Notes under the pieces: generated by a model
The model's input: the letters and a program-made list of their open reading frames with translations, nothing else
The model's database searches: none
What the model was told of the DNA's origin: nothing
In this document: positions 57,943-64,000 of the stretch, piece after piece
Layout of the letters: each line of letters begins with the position of its first letter
How positions within the stretch are numbered: the stretch's first letter is position 1
Program-made: the position numbers and the translations under genes
NCBI GenBank assembly: GCA_964460615.1
Contig: CAYWPX010000001.1
Location: 49,826 to 113,825 of the forward strand
Origin: an uncultured Planctomycetia bacterium
Lineage (GTDB): Bacteria > Omnitrophota > Gorgyraeia > CAYWPX01
Reading direction: 5' to 3'
DNA length: 64,000 nt

Positions 57943-58737
57943 ATGAATATATCAAAAAAATTGGAAAATGATATACTGTTCGCCCGGCAAAGAGGGGATA
58001 TTGACGGTTATTGCCGGGCAAAAAAAACAAGAGCAGAAGTAAGCCCTTTTGATAAATATAGGTATAAATTATTCATTGATCTTATAAATAATCATGATAC
58101 TCTGGGAAATGTGATTGATATCGGCTGCGACATCGGAGTGCTGGAGCCCTATTATGAAAAAAAATCCAAGAGTTTAGTTTTATTTGACCTGGACCTTTTT
58201 TCTTTAAGATGCGCAAGGTCTTTTAATAAAAGTATTGTTAATAAAACAAGTTTCTTATCGGGGGACATATCGAAACTTCCGTTTAAAACCGGGAGTTTTG
58301 ATACTGTTATAGCGCTTGAGGTTATTGAACACCTCCCCAAAGAAACCCATAGAGCTATTCTAGACGGGATTATCAGGATCCTAAAAAAAGGCGCAACTAT
58401 CTATATATCTACGCCGAACAGTTTCTCCCTGGCCGGCCTTGAAGGCAAGGTCATTGAGCTATTATCCCATAAATATAAATGGAACGCATGGGACCCTACG
58501 CATGAATATATCTATAATGCTTTTGAATTTATAGATTTCTTAAAAAGCTTCGGCGGTTTAAAGATCAAAAAAGTCACCGGTTCTTATTTTTTGCCCGGGA
58601 GCCTTGTGGTAAGGCTTCCGTTATCCCTCCAGAATATGCTGGGTGCTTTTTCATATCTTATTTCAAGATTCGTAGGTTTTTTGCCACCTTTTAAATGGCT
58701 GGGTTTTACTACATTTATAGAAGCGGAGAAAGAGTAG
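57943..58737 (+). CDS. class I SAM-dependent methyltransferase
   Basis: VIDIGCDIGVL (motif I), DTVIALEVIEHL. 264 aa. Confidence 0.6.
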   Translation: MNISKKLENDILFARQRGDIDGYCRAKKTRAEVSPFDKYRYKLFIDLINNHDTLGNVIDIGCDIGVLEPYYEKKSKSLVLFDLDLFSLRCARSFNKSIVNKTSFLSGDISKLPFKTGSFDTVIALEVIEHLPKETHRAILDGIIRILKKGATIYISTPNSFSLAGLEGKVIELLSHKYKWNAWDPTHEYIYNAFEFIDFLKSFGGLKIKKVTGSYFLPGSLVVRLPLSLQNMLGAFSYLISRFVGFLPPFKWLGFTTFIEAEKE

Positions 58738-58768
58738 TTAAACTATTAATTTAATTGTAGAGGATAAA

Positions 58769-60637
58769 ATGCTAAAAAATCAGGATATTATCTGTATTTC
58801 GAGTATTGATTGGGATTTTATTTGGCAACAGCATCAAGAGATCATGTCAACCTTTGCTAAAAACGGCAATAGAGTGCTTTTCATTGAAAACACGGGTGTT
58901 AGGCCGCCGGTTATTTCCGATACCTCGAGAATATTCAAAAGGATTTCTAATTGGAGAAAAAGCGTTAAGGGTTTCCGCCAGGAGATGGAAAATCTTTATA
59001 TTTTTTCGCCAATTGTATTGCCGTTTCCTTATTCTAGATTGGCCAGGGTCATTAATAAATTCCTTCTCACAAGGTCGATTGAACGGTGGAGCAGGGTGAT
59101 GGGATTTCAAAATCCCATAATCTGGACTTTTCTTCCGACCCCTTTAGTGCTGGATATCATTGATAAGATCCCGCACAGGGCGCTTATTTATTATTGTACC
59201 GATAATTTTTCCGCCACTTCCAAAGCTGCAAAAAAAATAGTTAAGTATGAACAAAAGGTTTTTAAAAAAGCCGATGCGGTGTTTGTGATGGCAAGAAATA
59301 TGGTTAATTATTGCAAAGAGTTCAATAAGAATGTTACCTGCGTTCCTATGGGAGTAAGCCCCGCAATTTTTGAAAAATCGGCAGCAACTCTTCCTAAGCC
59401 CCCGGAACTTCAGAATGCTAAATCCAAGGTAATAGGTTTTATCGGAGGCCTGAGGCAATCCATCGATCAGGAAATGGTTGCTTACTTAACCGAGACCTTT
59501 TGTGATTACACTTTTATTTTTGTCGGGCCTATACAGACGGATATATCGGGTTTTAAGGATATCAAAAATGTCATCATAGCCGGTAAAAAAAGACATGACG
59601 AACTCGGTGCATATTTGAGATATTTTGATGTGGCCATTATCCCCTATAAAAAAGACGATTACACAGATAATATCTCTGCTGCTAAGCTAAATGAGTATCT
59701 TGTGTTGGGGAAACCGGTCGTTACCACCAACCTGAAAGAGACAGAGCTTTTTAATAAGGAGAACGGCGATATCCTTTATATTGCGAAGAATAAGGAAGAA
59801 TTTGCGGAAAATATCAAAAAGGCTCTGAAGGAGGATTGCGAAGCCCTAAGAAAGAAAAGGATAGAGGTTGCTTATTCGAACAGCTGGGACCGCAAGATCC
59901 AGCAGATGTCGGCAATCGTCGAAGATCTTATAAAAGCCGCCGGAGAAAAGAAGGTTAACTGGCAGGTTGCGCTTCTTTCCGTGTACAGGAATTTTAGGAG
60001 AAAAGTTATTTATATTATGGCATCGCTGATACTTTTGTGGCTGGCGGTTTTTTATACTCCGTTAATGTGGATTATTGCCAAACCCTTATTGATCTTTGAT
60101 AAGCCGGCTACATCTGAAGCGATAGTAGTGTTTGCCGGAGGCGCCGGGGAGTCTGGTGAGGCAGGCCAGGGGTATGAAGAGAGGGTGACATACGCAGTTG
60201 ACCTGTATAAAGAAGGGTATGCGAAAAATTTAATATTTTCTTCAGGTTATACCTATGTATTCAAAGAACCCGAGATGATGAAGGTACTGGCAGTGTCATT
60301 GGGGGTGCCCGAGAGCTCAATATATCTGGATGATAAAGCCAGAAATACTTATGAAAACGTTGTTAATACTAAATCGATCCTTACAAAGAAACATTGGGAC
60401 AAGATCATACTAGTAAGTTCTCCTTATCATATGAGGAGAGTTGAGCTGGTTTTTAAAAAAAATGCAGATGAGGTGGAAGTTACTTATTTACCCATAAAGG
60501 ACAGCCTCTTTTACAGCCATCCGATAAAAGATTCAAAAGGGAGGAGCTCTCTTAAGCAGATCAACCTGAGCCAGATCAAGGGCATACTGCACGAATATCT
60601 TGGTATAGTGTATTACTGGTTCAAAGGGTATATCTAA
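58769..60637 (+). CDS. fusion protein: N-terminal GT-B glycosyltransferase (TuaH-like) + TM helix + C-terminal DUF218 (SanA/ElyC/YdcF-like) domain
   Basis: IICISSIDWDFIWQQHQEIM is the TuaH-type N-terminus. The C-terminal half carries DLYKEGYAKNLIFSSG...ILVSSPYHMRRV, which is DUF218-like. 622 aa. Confidence 0.55.
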   Translation: MLKNQDIICISSIDWDFIWQQHQEIMSTFAKNGNRVLFIENTGVRPPVISDTSRIFKRISNWRKSVKGFRQEMENLYIFSPIVLPFPYSRLARVINKFLLTRSIERWSRVMGFQNPIIWTFLPTPLVLDIIDKIPHRALIYYCTDNFSATSKAAKKIVKYEQKVFKKADAVFVMARNMVNYCKEFNKNVTCVPMGVSPAIFEKSAATLPKPPELQNAKSKVIGFIGGLRQSIDQEMVAYLTETFCDYTFIFVGPIQTDISGFKDIKNVIIAGKKRHDELGAYLRYFDVAIIPYKKDDYTDNISAAKLNEYLVLGKPVVTTNLKETELFNKENGDILYIAKNKEEFAENIKKALKEDCEALRKKRIEVAYSNSWDRKIQQMSAIVEDLIKAAGEKKVNWQVALLSVYRNFRRKVIYIMASLILLWLAVFYTPLMWIIAKPLLIFDKPATSEAIVVFAGGAGESGEAGQGYEERVTYAVDLYKEGYAKNLIFSSGYTYVFKEPEMMKVLAVSLGVPESSIYLDDKARNTYENVVNTKSILTKKHWDKIILVSSPYHMRRVELVFKKNADEVEVTYLPIKDSLFYSHPIKDSKGRSSLKQINLSQIKGILHEYLGIVYYWFKGYI

Positions 60638-60682
60638 AACTCCGATTCTATAAAATTCTGATAGCTTTTCTCCCGGTTATTA

Positions 60683-60690
60683 TGTATAAT
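60683..60690 (+). promoter_or_regulatory. extended -10 element TGTATAAT in the 138-bp gap upstream of the 60776 operon
   Basis: Perfect TGnTATAAT. The -35 is weak. An AAGGAG RBS lies at 60762-60767, 8 nt before the ATG at 60776. Confidence 0.4.
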
Positions 60691-60714
60691 ATCATAATTA
60701 AATAATAAGTATAA

Positions 60715-60724
60715 GGGGGGGGGG
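60715..60724. repeat. G10 homopolymeric tract in the leader/promoter-proximal region
   Basis: Ten consecutive G read directly from the sequence, in a window that is otherwise about 35 % GC. It lies 25 nt downstream of the candidate -10 and 52 nt upstream of the start codon. Confidence 0.9.
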
Positions 60725-60775
60725 CTTATTTACCTAAGCCACCTAAGGTATTATTATCTCTAAGGAGATTGATCG

Positions 60776-61303
60776 ATGAAGATAATAGATAATAAGGGCA
60801 GGATTTTTGGAAAAATCAATATCATTGATTTTTTGTTTATTTTATTTGTTATTGGTATGGTTTTCGTGCTTTTTTTGGGTTACAAAATACTTTCTTCCAT
60901 GGCGCCTCGTGATATTTATGCCTCGATGGAGATACGGCTAAAGGCTTCAAATGTCGATCCGTCAGTTACTCAGGTTATGAAAATGAATGATGTAGAGACA
61001 AGTGTAGGCGGTAGGGTAGTGGGAAGGATCGTGGAGATCCAGAGCACAAAAGACTCGGAGATAATAAATATCTCCAATAACAAGATCGAAATAATCAAAA
61101 ATCCCTTTAAGAATGATATAGTGCTTTTAATTGATGCTAAATGCAAAAGAACACCCGATGGTTTGGTGTATAAAAATAGTCCCGCTAAGATAGGTGCTTC
61201 TATTGTATTTTCTACGGATCTGTATACTTTGACCGGTTTAATTGTTGACATGAAACCATTAGGTACTCCGGCCCCTAAGGATCGCATTAAAGAGTTTGAA
61301 TAA
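60776..61303 (+). CDS. hypothetical protein with N-terminal TM helix
   Basis: ORF with a strong RBS. MKIIDNKGRIFGKINIIDFLFILFVIGMVFVLFLGY. No motif recognised. Confidence 0.3.
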   Translation: MKIIDNKGRIFGKINIIDFLFILFVIGMVFVLFLGYKILSSMAPRDIYASMEIRLKASNVDPSVTQVMKMNDVETSVGGRVVGRIVEIQSTKDSEIINISNNKIEIIKNPFKNDIVLLIDAKCKRTPDGLVYKNSPAKIGASIVFSTDLYTLTGLIVDMKPLGTPAPKDRIKEFE

Positions 61304-61305
61304 TA

Positions 61306-61860
61306 ATGAATAAGGTATATGCGAATAGCGTAATTTATGCCGGTTTTTTAAAGTTCAAAAGCTCATATAGGCGCTTTGAGCGTGTTGTAGAATTTCGTTT
61401 TCGTAGTTATAATGTTCTCAAGAAGAAGGTTTTAGACAGGGTTTTTGATGGAGATCTGGTAAGTTCAAGCGCTTTTGTAAAATACTATAATTTTTATAAA
61501 AACGCCAGAAATGATTATTTTAGCACTAGCAGGGTATTGAGTTTTTTTGCTGAGGCGTCGCTTGCTGGAAGGAATGCGGTTACTCTTGATATAAGAGGAA
61601 GCAGGTTCCTTAATTTTATTGAGAAGTTTGCGTATTTTAAACTGGAAAAGAATTTTCTGGTAGTATGTTTGATAGCTCTCTTTATCAATATTTTATTAAG
61701 CGTTTTATTTTATGGCGGTATAAGCTCTATAGGTTTTATCACTAGGTCATATATATTGATCTTTTTAGGGATCTTGATGCTAAACAGATCAAGTCTTAGA
61801 AATTTGCTGAATAGCAGTTTTTTGGTCTCCAAATTAAAAAGTCTGATGGATAAAAAATAA
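61306..61860 (+). CDS. hypothetical protein (C-terminal hydrophobic segment)
   Basis: ORF closely following the previous gene. No motif recognised. Confidence 0.25.
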   Translation: MNKVYANSVIYAGFLKFKSSYRRFERVVEFRFRSYNVLKKKVLDRVFDGDLVSSSAFVKYYNFYKNARNDYFSTSRVLSFFAEASLAGRNAVTLDIRGSRFLNFIEKFAYFKLEKNFLVVCLIALFINILLSVLFYGGISSIGFITRSYILIFLGILMLNRSSLRNLLNSSFLVSKLKSLMDKK

Positions 61861-61872
61861 AAAGGTGGGCAT

Positions 61873-62841
61873 ATGAAGGCACTGATTACCGGCGGTGCGG
61901 GGTTTATCGGTTCGCATCTTGCGGAGGAACTTCTGGAGAATGGAAAGAGCGTTATTGCTATTGATAATCTTTCTACCGGAAGCATGGATAATATCAAACA
62001 TCTGAAATCCAATCCGAAATTTGAATTTGTCCTGGATACGATCATGGACCGCAATATAATGAAAAAACTTATTTCTAAAGTGGATGTGGTTTATCATCTT
62101 GCTGCGGCGGTCGGCGTAAAATATATTATAGACAATCCTTTGCTCTCTTTAGAGACCAACATAAAAGGGACTGAGATCATTTTGGAACTTTCGAATGAGC
62201 TTGGGAAGAAGAAGGTGATCCTGGCCTCAACATCAGAGATCTACGGTAAAGACCGGTCCGGGAAAAGCTCTTTTAAGGAAAATGATGACAGGTTATTAGG
62301 CCCAACTACCATATCCAGATGGAGTTATTCGTGCGCAAAGGCTGTGGACGAGTTCTTGGCATTGGCATACTTCAGAGAAAAAAAATTACCTATAGTTATT
62401 GTAAGGTTTTTTAACATCTGCGGTCCCCGTCAATCCGGCAGATACGGAATGGTTATGCCTCGTTTTATAAAACAGTCTCTTATGAATCAGCCGATCACGA
62501 TCTTTGGCGGCGGTGATCAGACCAGGAGCTTTACTTATGTAAAAGATGCCGTAGATGGCCTTGTAAAGTTAGCTACCAACCCGAAGGCAGTCGGCGAGGT
62601 CTTTAATATAGGTAACCCAAGATCTATTTCTATTAAAGAGCTTGCTGAGAAGATAAAAAAGTTCACTAATTCAAGATCGGAGCTTTCGTTCATCCCATAT
62701 GAGAAAGCTTACGAGAAGGGCTTTGAGGATATGAAACACAGGACCCCTGATATCACTAAAATAAAGAAATTAATAGACTTCAATCCCAAGGTTGATATTG
62801 ACGAAATGATAAAGCTTATTATAGATGATTTTAAAAAATAG
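61873..62841 (+). CDS. NAD-dependent nucleotide-sugar epimerase/dehydratase (GalE/WbpP-like)
   Basis: [13 protein letters not shown] and YSCAKAVDE (YxxxK). 322 aa. Confidence 0.75.
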   Translation: MKALITGGAGFIGSHLAEELLENGKSVIAIDNLSTGSMDNIKHLKSNPKFEFVLDTIMDRNIMKKLISKVDVVYHLAAAVGVKYIIDNPLLSLETNIKGTEIILELSNELGKKKVILASTSEIYGKDRSGKSSFKENDDRLLGPTTISRWSYSCAKAVDEFLALAYFREKKLPIVIVRFFNICGPRQSGRYGMVMPRFIKQSLMNQPITIFGGGDQTRSFTYVKDAVDGLVKLATNPKAVGEVFNIGNPRSISIKELAEKIKKFTNSRSELSFIPYEKAYEKGFEDMKHRTPDITKIKKLIDFNPKVDIDEMIKLIIDDFKK

Positions 62842-62853
62842 GATAAGATTTCT

Positions 62854-63894
62854 ATGAAAGACCCGCAGTTTTATTCTTCTATGGATCTCGTTGCATCCTT
62901 CTCGATCTCAGTCATAGTCAGTTTATTAGTAACTCCTTTTGTGAAGATTCTTGCCAAAAAGCTTAATTATCTTGATCATCCCGAGGCAAAGAAGATCCAT
63001 GTGAAAGCGACTCCGCTTTTGGGTGGGGTATCTATATTCATAGCGTTCATAGTTGCGGTCATATTTACGCTTCCTCTGGAAAAAGAGATCCTGGCAATAA
63101 TAATAGGAGGATTATTTCTTATATTGATAGGACTTGTGGATGATAGGTTTGGAATGATGCCCACAACTAAACTGTTCGGCCAGCTTATAGCAGCGCTTAC
63201 TGTTGTAAAATTCGGAGGAGTGAGGGCGGAGTTCATCGGAAATTATTATATAAGCGTAATTTTTACCTGTTTTTGGATAATCGGCATAACTAATGCTATT
63301 AACCTTCTTGATAACATGAATGGGCTTTCATCAGGTCTTGTGGCGATAGCATCCGTATTTTTTGCTTTTATTGCTTTCCAGGACAATAATATTATGGCAG
63401 CTTCTTTGGCTTTGGCGCTTTGCGGAGGGTGCATAGGTTTTTTAAGATATAATTTTCCGAATGCGACGATCTTCATGGGAGATACCGGAAGCCTTTTTAT
63501 AGGGTTTTGTATCTCTACGCTCGCAGTTTTGGTCGGTTGGCATACGCCTGAATTTAATATAAGTTCGATCATTGTGCCTATTATGATTTTAGGGTACCCT
63601 ATTTTTGATACAACTTTTGTTACGATATTGAGGATAAGAGAAGGAAGGTCGGTTTTTCAGGGCGGTAAGGACCATTCTTCCCATAGGCTCTCTGTAATGG
63701 GATTAAAAAGAAAGAATGCCGTTATAATAATTTTTATGATTGCTTTTTTTATCGGTATGGCAACTTTGTTTATTAAAGAGTTATCAATGGGGCTTAATCT
63801 GATATTTGCTGCTATTATTCTGATATCAATGATAATTTTTGGAATAATTTTAAGCAGGGTAAATGTAAGATACGCAAAAGATGCCAGAAAATGA
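62854..63894 (+). CDS. polyprenyl-phosphate N-acetylhexosamine-1-phosphate transferase (WecA/MraY/TagO family), initiating transferase
   Basis: GLVDDRFGMMPTTKLFGQ, NAINLLDNMNGLSSG, FMGDTGSLFIGF. 346 aa, about 10 TM segments. Confidence 0.8.
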   Translation: MKDPQFYSSMDLVASFSISVIVSLLVTPFVKILAKKLNYLDHPEAKKIHVKATPLLGGVSIFIAFIVAVIFTLPLEKEILAIIIGGLFLILIGLVDDRFGMMPTTKLFGQLIAALTVVKFGGVRAEFIGNYYISVIFTCFWIIGITNAINLLDNMNGLSSGLVAIASVFFAFIAFQDNNIMAASLALALCGGCIGFLRYNFPNATIFMGDTGSLFIGFCISTLAVLVGWHTPEFNISSIIVPIMILGYPIFDTTFVTILRIREGRSVFQGGKDHSSHRLSVMGLKRKNAVIIIFMIAFFIGMATLFIKELSMGLNLIFAAIILISMIIFGIILSRVNVRYAKDARK

Positions 63895-64000
63895 CTCTAT
63901 TAAAGGTTAGCAAAATAAGAAATTTCGTTGATACGATTTTTGAATATTCATTCTATCTGACGGTTTTTTTCCTACCTGTAGCCATTAGTCTGCTTGAAGT

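Noticed and set aside
1-64000. Search for CRISPR arrays, tRNA/rRNA genes, IS elements, integrases or toxin-antitoxin or defence islands
   Set aside because: No candidate was found. I saw no spaced direct repeats beyond the single 35-bp duplication, no intergenic region long or GC-rich enough for a tRNA, and no transposase or recombinase motifs in any frame. Composition looks uniform, so I see no evidence of a recent insertion.
63895-64000. Possible start of a further gene after the WecA-like CDS
   Set aside because: Only 106 nt remain and no ORF with an RBS can be delimited. It cannot be supported from this window.

Overview
A single, uniform, AT-rich (~35-37 % GC by eye), co-directional gene array fills the window. 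About 58 tightly packed or overlapping ORFs all sit on the + strand, and many junctions are ATGA or GTGA overlaps, so this looks like one or a few long operons. I found no rRNA, tRNA, CRISPR, transposase or integrase. Almost every gene has a recognisable role in cell-surface glycan biosynthesis (an O-antigen, capsule, S-layer or general-glycosylation type locus).

In order along the window:
- Nucleotide-sugar entry genes: ugd (cut by the window edge), rmlC, rmlA, rmlB, rmlD, a UDP-GlcNAc(A) dehydrogenase and 4-epimerase, UDP-xylose synthase, and a WbpB/WbpD/WbpE-like oxidase, acetyltransferase and aminotransferase triad.
- A nonulosonic-acid module with its own promoter and operator: a MarR-type regulator, a NeuB-family synthase, an aminotransferase, a small SPASM/twitch radical SAM, a CMP-transferase and two B12-binding radical SAM enzymes.
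- A 2-aminoethylphosphonate (AEP) module: a PEP-mutase/cytidylyltransferase fusion, a split phosphonopyruvate decarboxylase, another B12 radical SAM, an AEP transaminase, a LicC-like cytidylyltransferase, a CDP-alcohol phosphotransferase, a Zn-ribbon methyltransferase and a kinase-like protein.
- An Arn-like module for an undecaprenyl-phosphate-linked aminosugar: an ArnB-like aminotransferase, a GT2, a methyltransferase-GT4 fusion, a UDP-GlcNAc 2-epimerase, an SDR, a methyltransferase, an ArnC-like GT2, a putative CE4/ArnD-like protein, a formyltransferase and an ArnT/PMT-like GT-C enzyme.
- An MBOAT O-acyltransferase, a transglutaminase-like membrane protein, a second GT2/GT-C pair, GT4s, AsnB, two Wzx-type flippases and several SAM methyltransferases.
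- A GT-DUF218 fusion, a distal epimerase and a WecA/MraY-family initiating transferase.

The most unusual property is that five paralogous cobalamin-dependent (class B) radical SAM enzymes are scattered through one glycan locus. Together with the phosphonate, nonulosonate and formyl/aminosugar chemistry, this predicts a heavily tailored glycan carrying C- or P-methylated residues and a phosphonate substituent. Non-coding curiosities are a 35-bp tandem duplication that includes an RBS, a G10 homopolymer in a leader region, and two palindromic operator-like sites.

Every functional call below is a motif-level reading of the translated ORFs. No database search was possible.
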